From assembly GCA_965218095.1 (NCBI GenBank), contig OZ244587.1:384001-448000 (forward strand): DNA of 64,000 bases. The letters are read 5' to 3'. Of the stretch, positions 1 through 9,214 are shown one piece after another. The first letter of the stretch is position 1. Each line of letters opens with the position of its first letter. The translations under genes and the position numbers were made by a program. The notes below the pieces were generated by a model, which was given only the letters and a program-made list of their open reading frames with translations, searched no databases and was not told where the DNA came from. Origin of the DNA: Candidatus Poribacteria bacterium (GTDB lineage Bacteria > Poribacteria > WGA-4E > PCPOR2b).

Positions 1-198
1 ACATTGACGTTTGAACCGGCACAGAGCTATTTTGTTACAGACGTCACAACGGGGACAATGTGGAACCTTATTACAGGTATGGCGACAGAAGGCAAACTCA
101 AAGGAAGCATGCTAGAGCGGTTGCCGGCGATGAACATTTACTGGTATGCCTGGGCGCGGTACCATCCTGAAACAACCATCTATGGTGGGGCAAAGTAA
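1..198 (+). CDS. C-terminal part of DUF3179-family protein (runs off window start)
   Basis: Ends in ...WNLITGMATEGKLKGSMLERLPAMNIYWYAWARYHPETTIY, typical of the DUF3179 C-terminus. Confidence 0.7.
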   Translation, partial: TLTFEPAQSYFVTDVTTGTMWNLITGMATEGKLKGSMLERLPAMNIYWYAWARYHPETTIYGGAK

Positions 199-831
199 AT
201 GAATTAAATGAAATTTGATGATTGATTATGGTTTGTAGTGAGGTTTTTAGCCCCGATCCAAGAATCGGGATAAACTGCGCGAGATCCCGTGTAGCAAGGG
301 TTGTCTGAAACACGCAATTGCGCCATTACAAACCTTGCGCTGATGTCCCAATTTGCTCTCTACTTACGGATTCGGCTGAATCAATACTTTTGTCGTCTCT
401 CGTGCGCCCTCAATTGCCTGAATCACCTGAATCTAGCGAGTAGATCTCCAAGACCAGCGATTGAACCGGCAGGTGTTGACGAGTCATTAATCTAATCGCT
501 TTCGGGAATAGCCAGCAGCGTGAGGTGTGAATCTGCACTTCATCGACCACCAGCTTCGTAACATCAAGCCCTGTCATTGGTAAGCCACAAGTCGTCTTGA
601 GGAAGATCGTCCCTCGCGGTCAAAGAACTGACAGCGCAGGAGATTGAGATCGGGTATCATGTCTTCAAATCTTCAAAAATATGGCAACTCGACTGAGTAT
701 ACAGTTAAACTAAGCAGATGAAGACACCCTCAATTTCACGACGGCTCTCAGCTTTGCGTTGCAGCGTTAAGTTGTTCTTGGCAGGCCAGAGTAAGGTTTT
801 GAACCCTTGAAAGGTTTCAGTCTTAAACGAA

Positions 832-1833
832 TTAATTTCGCGGAACGGGTATAGTCACCTTCGCGTTACCCCGGCGTTGAGATTCCAGGAAGCCGATCAT
901 GATCTCGACAACCTTGTGAGCTGCTTTCCCCGGCGATACAGGCTCACCGCCTTCATCAATTAAGCGTACCAATTCCTGAACGCCGGCGGGGATTCCAACG
1001 ACGGACCATTCGGGTAGTTGAATCGGTTCAACCGCGTCATCTCTGTAGATATTGGCTTTTTGCCCATCAATAAGGATATACCCGGTAGTACCGACGATCT
1101 CAAGGCGCATACCCCTGGGGAAGGTTATCTTTGGCCCACCGGCGTAATACCCGCGGACGCCATTAGCGAAGTGGATGTAGCCGTGAGCAGATGGCTCTGT
1201 TTTCGGGTCATGCCCGCCATCTCCGCGATACTCCGAGTAATCTTCGTATCCGTCTTCCAGTTCAGCAGATACCCACTCCGGATCGGATTCTGCAAAGTAG
1301 CAGATTGTGTCGATTAAGTGCGTCCCATTGCGGAAAAGCATCGCCCGGCTCCCGCTCAACGTGGCAATGATATACTGCACGGGCCCAATCTCCCCCGTCC
1401 CGACCACCTCTTCTTTTGTATAACGCCACAAGGGCTGCCACCTTCGTGTATGGTCGATGGACAGGATGGTATTATTGCATTCAGCGGCTTCAATCATCCG
1501 ATCGGCATCAGCCAGATTGGTTGCCATCGGCTTCTCGCAGAAAATGCCTTTCACCCCTGCATTTGCGGAATCAACTACAAGGTCTGCGTGCCGATGATCA
1601 GATGTTGCCACCGTCACAATATCCAGGTTTTCCTTCGCCAACATTTCCTGGTGATTTGTGTACAGCGCAAGATTGGGCCATGTGTCCTTCCAATGTTCTT
1701 GAAATTTGTCCAATGCCGCTTGCGACAGGTCGCACCCGGCAACCAATTCGGCGTTGGACAGCCCCACCAACCCTGACGCATGGGCTGTTCCAATGCCTGT
1801 ACACCCAATAACTCCGGCGCGATATTTCGCCAT
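832..1833 (-). CDS. Gfo/Idh/MocA family oxidoreductase
   Basis: GVIGCTGIG Rossmann motif, CEKPMA motif, 333 aa, GGAGG RBS. Confidence 0.9.
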   Translation of the reverse strand: MAKYRAGVIGCTGIGTAHASGLVGLSNAELVAGCDLSQAALDKFQEHWKDTWPNLALYTNHQEMLAKENLDIVTVATSDHRHADLVVDSANAGVKGIFCEKPMATNLADADRMIEAAECNNTILSIDHTRRWQPLWRYTKEEVVGTGEIGPVQYIIATLSGSRAMLFRNGTHLIDTICYFAESDPEWVSAELEDGYEDYSEYRGDGGHDPKTEPSAHGYIHFANGVRGYYAGGPKITFPRGMRLEIVGTTGYILIDGQKANIYRDDAVEPIQLPEWSVVGIPAGVQELVRLIDEGGEPVSPGKAAHKVVEIMIGFLESQRRGNAKVTIPVPRN

Positions 1834-2148
1834 GGATGTCCTCCAATATGTGTTGTGTATTGTATGAAACGTAACAAGAACGCTGAACCTATAGGCAGAT
1901 CAACCGTTCCAATTTATAGACCAACCTTCAGAAGGTTCAAAACCTTCCGCAGGATTAAGTTGACGCTGATGATAGAAGTAAACCGATTTCCGTTAATTCG
2001 TCTGACCTCAAATCCGTCGAGGAACATCTGACTCGTCCGAAGGCCCCTCATGCGGTGTCTTCCACCAGGAATCGGTATATGCACCGGGACGCTGGCCGGA
2101 TGTTGTTTGAAATAAGGTCATTCATTGGTACTCTCCTGAAAATACCTT

Positions 2149-2784
2149 TTACGATCGTCGGCCCACCCACAACGCGCCGCGACGGACGATCTCCTGAAAA
2201 CTTGGATTCTCAAGAACAGCCATGTCGTGCCCGAGGGCGAAGTAGAAAACGCGTCCGCTGCCAGAGGTGTGCTTGAAAGCCATAACGTGAGTCTCGTCTT
2301 TCGTCGGATCATAAGCCTGCATCAAGTGGTGCGACATAGACAGGTCGTGTTTCAAGTAATAGAGCTCATCAGTCACGACAAAATCGGAAAGCCCTTCGGT
2401 AATTGGGTCATCCGTATCAATAATATTGACGGTAAAATCCATGTACTTGCTGTGGCCGTCGAAGAATGCATTGAGCATGCCGTGGTAGCCCTTGCAGTCA
2501 CGAAACGACGCCGCCGCCGTATGGAGTCCGAAAAAACCTCTGCCTTGCTGTATGAAGTTTAGCAGTCCGTTTTCCTGGGTGTCCGTGAGTTTACCAACGT
2601 CCGTAAAGAAGAGCGCGGACTCGTACAGGTCAAGCCCGTTGGTCAGGATTTTATAGTCTTGAGAAAAATCAGCTTCGATATCACCGGTTTTCGATAGCAT
2701 ATCGGCGAGAAACTTGCCTTGCTCCACATGGTCGTGATAGATACCCTCGGTACCGACAAATACCAGAAGTTTGAGAGGTTCCAT
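2149..2784 (-). CDS. ThuA-like (class I glutamine amidotransferase-like) domain protein
   Basis: YHDH, GRGFFGLHTA, DELYY, GRVFYFALGH motifs. Confidence 0.85.
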   Translation of the reverse strand: MEPLKLLVFVGTEGIYHDHVEQGKFLADMLSKTGDIEADFSQDYKILTNGLDLYESALFFTDVGKLTDTQENGLLNFIQQGRGFFGLHTAAASFRDCKGYHGMLNAFFDGHSKYMDFTVNIIDTDDPITEGLSDFVVTDELYYLKHDLSMSHHLMQAYDPTKDETHVMAFKHTSGSGRVFYFALGHDMAVLENPSFQEIVRRGALWVGRRS

Positions 2785-2888
2785 TAGTTTATCTCCTGAT
2801 TATTTACACGAATTTTTCCATTTGATGTTCTGATTCCTATTCATGATTTCCACCCCTTGAACAAGAGTACCATAAAAAATTACATCGG

Positions 2889-3105
2889 TCAAGCACTACC
2901 ATTGGCATAAAGCGTATAAAAATAGACGCCGCTGGCAACGGTGCTCCCTTCATCGTTTCTGCCATCCCAATAGGCGGCTTTATTCTTCGTCACATACCGT
3001 CCGGTGGGCTGCTTTCCTAAATCCAGCGTCCGGACCACTTGTCCGTCAATGTTGTATATGTGGATAATGACAGCCGCCTCAGAAGCCAGTTGGTAGGGAA
3101 CTCGT
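2889..3105 (-). pseudogene. Orphan truncated FlgD-Ig/C-terminal sorting-like module
   Basis: Minus strand reads VPYQLASEAAVIIHIYNIDGQVVRTLDLGKQPTGRYVTKNKAAYWDGRNDEGSTVASGVYFYTLYANGSA*; no start codon, upstream in-frame stop; closely resembles C-terminus of 5172..7172. Confidence 0.8.
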
Positions 3106-3396
3106 TTACAACATTAGTGGTATAGAGGGAAGACTTTCTTGTCATCAATTGCGTTCATCTATGCTTACAGTGGCATTCACCAGAGAAACCAAAAAAGCCC
3201 CACTTATGATGAAAAGGTTTTATACGATTCAATCATAAGGGGACTCTTTAACACAGTGATGAAACACCGCTTCGTTGTGTGTACAAGGTAAGCACCTTAG
3301 CAGGAGAACCTGACTTTAAGATGACCAACGCTTCATTTCACCTTGACCGTTTCGGTAATGATAGCGCTTTTCCTTGTGGGCGCATCTCCTCCAATT

Positions 3397-5005
3397 CGGG
3401 ACATTGGATAAGCCCCTCAACCGCCTGCTACCAACCCTGCTCTGAAAGGATTTCCTGAAACGGGAGCATCTTTTGCGCCTGTGCTTCCTCAATCTGTTTG
3501 ACCCCCTCACCTTCGACCCTAAAGAAAAACAGTGCTTGCTCAGTACAACCTGCCGGACACCCCCCCCACGCATCCCGAAAGATAAAATACCATGTCTTCT
3601 CCACTTTTGACGCGGCAATATCGGGACTGTCTCCGGGTGGACCATCGGGTCCGGCACTCCGAACACCTTCTAACATCGAATAAGCCTTTCCTGCGGCCCA
3701 GACGTTCAAACGATCGTCAAAGCAAAAAAGAAAACCCCTGGTAAGGACACTACTCGAACCCCACTTAACACCCCGTAACCCCAGTTTTGCGTTGAGTGCA
3801 TCGAAGTCAGCATCGCCTGTCTCGAACGTGACCTCTCCTTCTTGATCCTTGATGAGGTTTTTAACCTTTTCATACAATTGTGGTTCCAGACGGATGACGA
3901 GCCGATCCGGGTTGATATCCTGTCGGGCACGAATGTCTGTCATAGCTGGGTAAGCCGCTCGAATAAGAGATAGTAGCCGTTTAATTTCCCGGATACGTGC
4001 CTTCCGCTGGTCGGTATCGAACAAGAGGTCGTCACTTTCATCATATAGCATCCGATCCGCAAGATAAGTGGCATCTGAGCGGACAGGGTGAGAGCAACTC
4101 GTCTCGACCACCAGAGGGGCAGCCGGTTCGTCAATTGGTGTCCCATCTTCAGCCAGATCGCTGCATCCGCCTATGCTGAATCCTATCAGTACGACTAGGG
4201 TAGTAATCATATCCGGGACATTGGATAAGCCCCTCAACCGCCTGCTACCAACTCTGCTCTGAAAGGATTTCCTGAAACGGGAGCATCTTTTGCGCCTGTG
4301 CTTCCTCAATCTGTTTGACTCCCTCACCTTCGACCCTAAAGAAAAACAGTGCTTGCTCAGTACAACCTGCCGGACAATCCCCCCACGCATCCCGAAAGAT
4401 AAAATACCATGTCTTCTCCACTTTTGACGCGGCAATATCAGGACTGTCTCCGACTGGATGATCGAATCCGGTACGCCGAACACCTTCTAACATCGAATAA
4501 GCCTTTCCTGCGGCCGGGACGTTCAGACGGTCATCAAAGCAAAACAGGACATCCCTTGAAATGGAAGTAATCAGTTGGACGCCCTGTAACCCCAACTTTG
4601 CGTTGAGGGCATCGAAGTCAACGTCGCCTGTCTCGAACGTGACCTCTCCTTCTTGATCCTTGATGAGGTTTTTAACCTTTTCATACAATTGTGGTTCCGG
4701 AAAGATGACAAGCCGATCCGGGGAGATATCCTGTCGGGCACGAATGTCTGTCATAGCTGGGTAAGCCGCTCGAATAAGAGATAGTAGCCGTTTAATTTCC
4801 CGGATACGTGCCTTCCGCTGGTCGGTATCGAACAAGAGGTCGTCACTTTCATCATATAGCATCCGATCCGCAAGATAAGTGGCATCTGAGCGGATAGGGT
4901 AAGAGCAACTTGTCTTGACCACCAGAGGGGCAGCCGGTTCGTCAATTGTCACCACATCGTCATCTGAATTACTGCATCCGCCCATGCTGAATCCTGTCAG
5001 TACGA
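3397..5005. repeat. Direct tandem duplication, ~817-bp period
   Basis: cgggacattggataagcccctcaaccgcctgctacca occurs at 3397 and 4214 and near-identity continues through both genes. Confidence 0.95.
3428..4210 (-). CDS. Hypothetical lipoprotein, tandem copy A
   Basis: Likely start MITTLVVLIGFSIGGC (lipobox-like) at 4210; the longer 4483 ORF start is an out-of-frame overlap with copy B; WGGCPAGC motif. Confidence 0.7.
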   Translation of the reverse strand: MITTLVVLIGFSIGGCSDLAEDGTPIDEPAAPLVVETSCSHPVRSDATYLADRMLYDESDDLLFDTDQRKARIREIKRLLSLIRAAYPAMTDIRARQDINPDRLVIRLEPQLYEKVKNLIKDQEGEVTFETGDADFDALNAKLGLRGVKWGSSSVLTRGFLFCFDDRLNVWAAGKAYSMLEGVRSAGPDGPPGDSPDIAASKVEKTWYFIFRDAWGGCPAGCTEQALFFFRVEGEGVKQIEEAQAQKMLPFQEILSEQGW

Positions 5006-5075
5006 TGAGGCCTATCAGCGTAACAAAGGGGGCAATCAAAGCGAAGAACTGGGTATTGCGTTGGGTTGGGAACAT
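4245..5075 (-). CDS. Hypothetical lipoprotein, tandem copy B
   Basis: AAGGA RBS before MFPTQRN; hydrophobic signal then FSMGGC lipobox; WGDCPAGC motif. Confidence 0.75.
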   Translation of the reverse strand: MFPTQRNTQFFALIAPFVTLIGLIVLTGFSMGGCSNSDDDVVTIDEPAAPLVVKTSCSYPIRSDATYLADRMLYDESDDLLFDTDQRKARIREIKRLLSLIRAAYPAMTDIRARQDISPDRLVIFPEPQLYEKVKNLIKDQEGEVTFETGDVDFDALNAKLGLQGVQLITSISRDVLFCFDDRLNVPAAGKAYSMLEGVRRTGFDHPVGDSPDIAASKVEKTWYFIFRDAWGDCPAGCTEQALFFFRVEGEGVKQIEEAQAQKMLPFQEILSEQSW

Positions 5076-5171
5076 CGTGCTATCCTTCAAATCTACAGAT
5101 TCCACGAATTTGAGATTTTTGAGGCAATGTAACCTTGCGAAGGTTCTAAACCTTCGCAAGGTCTTCTCTCG

Positions 5172-7319
5172 CTACTTTTGCAGAATCATTTTACGAGACT
5201 CTGTTTTCTCGCCATTGATTTCAAGGGTATAGAAATAGACCCCGCTGGCGACCAAACTCCCTTCTTCATTTCTGCCATCCCAAAAGGCGGCTTTATTCTG
5301 AGCAACATAGCGACCCGGGAGTTGCTTGCCTAGGTTCAACGTCCGCACTAACTGTCCGCCGGTGTTGTAGATGCGGATAACGACTGTCGTCTCCGAAGCC
5401 AGTCGATAGGGAATCCAGGTCTCAGGATTGAAGGGATTGGGGTAGTTATTGTATAACGTGGCGCCGCTCTCCTCATCGGCGAGAGAGACTGCCGCCGGCG
5501 CAAAAGGCGGAGAGATTGATTGAAAATTACTCGGCGGGGCTAAACCAAAGGTTTCGCTACTGCTCCCGCCGCTCTGGTGAACGACCTTGATATAGACCGA
5601 TCGATTGGTGCCTGAATTGAGTTCAATTTGCTCAACATTGTCTATCCCGGAAGCGGAAACGCCGATGTACCCGCTAGTCGCAGCATCGTAGAGATACAGA
5701 TCCAGATTGGCGAGGGACAACCCATCATGTTTGAGCCAGACCAGCGTGACGGTCTCCCCGGCGTTCATCGTCCCCGAGTACCACTTCTCATTTCCGGTCT
5801 CAATGCTGCCGACCATCACATAATCGTACTGATCTAACGCCGCGTCAAGATCGATATAGCCCCATCCCCACTCCTTATCCCAGCCCGCAGGACCTTTATC
5901 CTCTGCGGAGTTAATCAGCAAAGCTTTTAACAGCACTGGGTGCCATAGTTCGTGATCCCAAAACAGGAGAAGCGCACCTGAGACGTGGGGCGTTGCAGCG
6001 CTGGTGTCACCAAACGCACCAAACCCACCGCCAGGCCAGGTGGTTGTTGTAATCCCCGACCCCGGTGCGACCACGTCTGGTTTTTTACGTCCGGCGGGTG
6101 TAGGTCCCCGACTGCTATTAGAGAGAATCACAGTCGTCGCGCGATTCGGATTGGCGTCCCCGGTCGTCGCGCCAACGATGATAGCGTTATAGGAATCAGA
6201 GCCCCAACTAAGAGAATAGTCCAGTTTAGGAGGGTTCGCAAACATATTGGTTTCATTTCCAGCCGCCTTGACGACAAGAACATCATGGGTATCAATCAGG
6301 TTGTCTAAAAACTCCCCATGATTCTGGTGGTAATCCGGGTCACCGAGATCCATTGTTGTATCATCACCAACGGGATCCCCCCCTAAAATCCCCCCAAAGG
6401 AGTAGTTAATCACCTCCGCATCGTCGGATGCACCAGTCACTGCCCAAGTCATAGCATTTTTTGCATCGGTATAAGACCACGGGTAAAATGAGGCATCGAT
6501 GATCTTGTCCAGCCCATAGGCGATGCCTTTATGCTCTCCTTCAGAATTCGTATAAGGTGTCATCGCCACGATACCCGCCACGCTTGTCCCATGATTACTT
6601 GCGGCATTGGAACGTCTCTTGACGAGAGAAGCCCCTGAACGCAGGTAGGGATGGTTGTCCACACCGTGCTCGACAACCCCTATATCATACTCATCACCAT
6701 CGTATCCTGCATTCCAAAAGCTGGACGCGGAGATAACCTGCGCACTTCCGTTGAGTGCGGGTGGGGGCGGTGTATCTAACCCAATCCGTTCTACTTCAGG
6801 CAATCCAGCGATTTGATTCACCGCAGCAGCAGGAAGTCGCGCACCAATGTTGTTGGACAGCGATATTTGTGCATGAACCGTACCCCCTGCGTTTTCTATC
6901 GCTTCCCGGACGCGCTGCTGGCCGTCGGCTACACGATTCCAAAGTTGCTGTCCAATCTCTTGTCGCATCTGCCGAGTCTGATTATCAAGGTTTTCATGCA
7001 GAGCTCTCACTTCCGCTTTGACGTTCGCTGGAAGGGGTTGTTTCTGTTGAAGAAACGGACGGATCTTGTTCCGGATATCACGAGAGGTTGTGTTAATATT
7101 GGGGTAAAACTGCACTTTGACAGCTTGGGCAATCTCACGGCTCGGTGGCTTATCTTGGAGATAGATAGTCACCGATACGGTTTCTTGTGTCTGTAGTGCT
7201 TCGAGAACACTGGCATCAATCTTGTTCTGTTGGGCAGCAGACTATGTTGGAAAAATGCAGCCAATCAATAAAGTTGCAAGTATGTACCTAAACGCTTGCG
7301 TTGCATTTCGAGTTAACAT
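5172..7319 (-). CDS. Secreted S8 (subtilisin-like) peptidase with C-terminal FlgD-Ig module; in-frame TAG in signal peptide
   Basis: NHGTSVAG, AAGN, GDTSAATPHVSG catalytic motifs; true start ATG 7319 with AGGAGG RBS; TAG at 7244-7242. Confidence 0.85.
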
Positions 7320-7484
7320 GTTAACCTCCTGAGTGTTTCAAAACCGATGTTAAATTGCCCACTTTTGCTGACAATTTTCTAAACACAATGCTTATATTAT
7401 CGACAAAAATCCGCCCATGTCAACCGGGGATATCCCTGTGTAGAAATTTCCAAAGCGAGTCGAGAATCGGTAGATGTCGCCTCA

Positions 7485-7784
7485 GTGGAGACTTCTTGGT
7501 ATCCATTGAGGAAATTCGCAAAACTGGTAGCAAAATTTCCTATAAAGACTTTATCTGATCGTTTCTCTGAAGATTTAAAGATTCTTCGCTCAGATTTGGA
7601 TAAGCATGGTGATGATTTATGCCATGCCCTTGAGAGACAGAGTGACACTTTCGATAAACGACTTGATGATCTTCGTCAAGACATTGGTAAATTGTCTGAT
7701 AGGATCGAGAAACTTAACCAGAATTTTATTGATCATCTTTCTCACCATGAGAGAGTAGGGATTCCCTGCATTGGCACTCGCTAG
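7485..7784 (+). CDS. Small coiled-coil hypothetical protein
   Basis: Heptad-like L/D/K/R-rich helix; start uncertain. Confidence 0.35.
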   Translation: METSWYPLRKFAKLVAKFPIKTLSDRFSEDLKILRSDLDKHGDDLCHALERQSDTFDKRLDDLRQDIGKLSDRIEKLNQNFIDHLSHHERVGIPCIGTR

Positions 7785-7828
7785 AGTGCACGCCTCAATT
7801 CGTTGTCGTGTCGCCACAGAAAAAAGAT

Positions 7829-9043
7829 CTACCTATCTCCTTTTAAACTCTCCAACAACGTCTCTGCCAGCTTCGTTGCGAATGCATCGTCGTTGATGTG
7901 ATGATCCATCTCGATTACCGTGACGGCACCGGCGAGATTGGCTTTCAGGTTTTCGATCCACGCGGCTTCTGCTTCCGCTGAGTAGAACGGCTGGCCCTCC
8001 TGGTCGATCGCCGAAACACCCTGTTTCGGAATTATCACAGTTGTGGGGCCCTTGGCCTGGCTCAACTTCCGCCCCATAATTCTTCCCAGTTCCGCGTTTT
8101 CCGCAACAGTCGTTCGCATCAGCGTCACCGTTGGGTTATGTTGGTAGAACGTCCGATCCTTAAACTTGTCTGGCACGGTATCGGGTGGGCCAAAGTTGAC
8201 CATATCCAACGCCCCCGGTGCGACAACTTGTGGCACTCCGAGATTGCCCGCTGCTTCTAAGCGCTCTGGTCCCGCGCTCAACACCCCACCGACGAGCTCA
8301 TCGGCAAGTTCCGTCGTTGTGATATCGAGGACGCCGACGATGAATCCGCCCTTCACCAGATCTTCCATCGCCCGTCCGCCGGTACCTGTGGCGTGGAAGA
8401 CAAGCACTTCGTAACCTGCGTTCTCAAGGATTTCACGCACCTTCGTCACGCACGGCGTCGTCACGCCGAACATCGTGGCGCCAATCAGGGGTTTATCTTC
8501 CGCCACCGGTGCTTCCGCGTTCACCATACCGACAATTGCCCCCGCTGCATTTGTCAAAATTTGCCGAGACAGGCTGTTGATTCCAGCGATGTCTACGACG
8601 GAATACATCATCGAAATATCCTTCGTGTCTACATAGGGGCTTGTATCGCCGGAAGCGAGGGTCGAAACCATGACCTTCGGCACACCAACGGGCATGGCGC
8701 GCATCGCCGTCGTTCCGATTGTGGTTCCCGCCGAACCGCCGAGCGAGATTAAGCCATCAATTTTTCCGTCGCCGTGCAATTCCGACACAATCTTCGCTGC
8801 ACCTTGCGCCATGGTTGCCACACTTTTGCCGCGATCGCCTTCGTCTCGAAGCACCTGCAGCGACGTACCCCCTGCCACCGCGACCTCGCCGGCGGATATA
8901 TCAGGTTCAAAGTGGGGTTCTCCCAAGATGCCTGTGTTCACAACGAATGTCGAAGCGCTACTTGCTTCGATGCGCTCTTTGATAAACTGAAACTCCAAAC
9001 CTTTTGTGTCTAACGTACCAATGATACCGACTGTTTTTGCCAT
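7829..9043 (-). CDS. Tm-1-like ATP-binding domain protein (UPF0261)
   Basis: GTLDTKG, TMFGVTTPCV, VFHATGTGG, GALDMVNFG motifs. Confidence 0.92.
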   Translation of the reverse strand: MAKTVGIIGTLDTKGLEFQFIKERIEASSASTFVVNTGILGEPHFEPDISAGEVAVAGGTSLQVLRDEGDRGKSVATMAQGAAKIVSELHGDGKIDGLISLGGSAGTTIGTTAMRAMPVGVPKVMVSTLASGDTSPYVDTKDISMMYSVVDIAGINSLSRQILTNAAGAIVGMVNAEAPVAEDKPLIGATMFGVTTPCVTKVREILENAGYEVLVFHATGTGGRAMEDLVKGGFIVGVLDITTTELADELVGGVLSAGPERLEAAGNLGVPQVVAPGALDMVNFGPPDTVPDKFKDRTFYQHNPTVTLMRTTVAENAELGRIMGRKLSQAKGPTTVIIPKQGVSAIDQEGQPFYSAEAEAAWIENLKANLAGAVTVIEMDHHINDDAFATKLAETLLESLKGDR

Positions 9044-9214
9044 TGATATTTTCCTCCATTAGTTTGAAGATGATTGGTGACAAGAGGAAGAAAAGGAAGA
9101 TTGGAAGGAAATCTCCTGCTGTTCTTCCATTCCTTTCCATCCCATCAATTACGGGTCAGAAGATTGGTGAGGAAATGATAACCTGGCAGCTACCTTCACC
9201 AATTCGCCGTTTTG

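Noticed and set aside
715-770. tmRNA-like tag peptide ADEDTLNFTTALSFALQR*
   Set aside because: No tRNA-like ends recognised and the peptide does not end in the usual Ala-Ala
4211-4483. N-terminal 91 aa of ORF 3428..4483 and ORF 3316..3666
   Set aside because: Alternative-frame readings of the duplicated lipoprotein 3' end
3397-5005. Diversity-generating retroelement TR/VR pair
   Set aside because: No RT in the window; differences are not adenine-restricted, include an indel, and both copies are full genes
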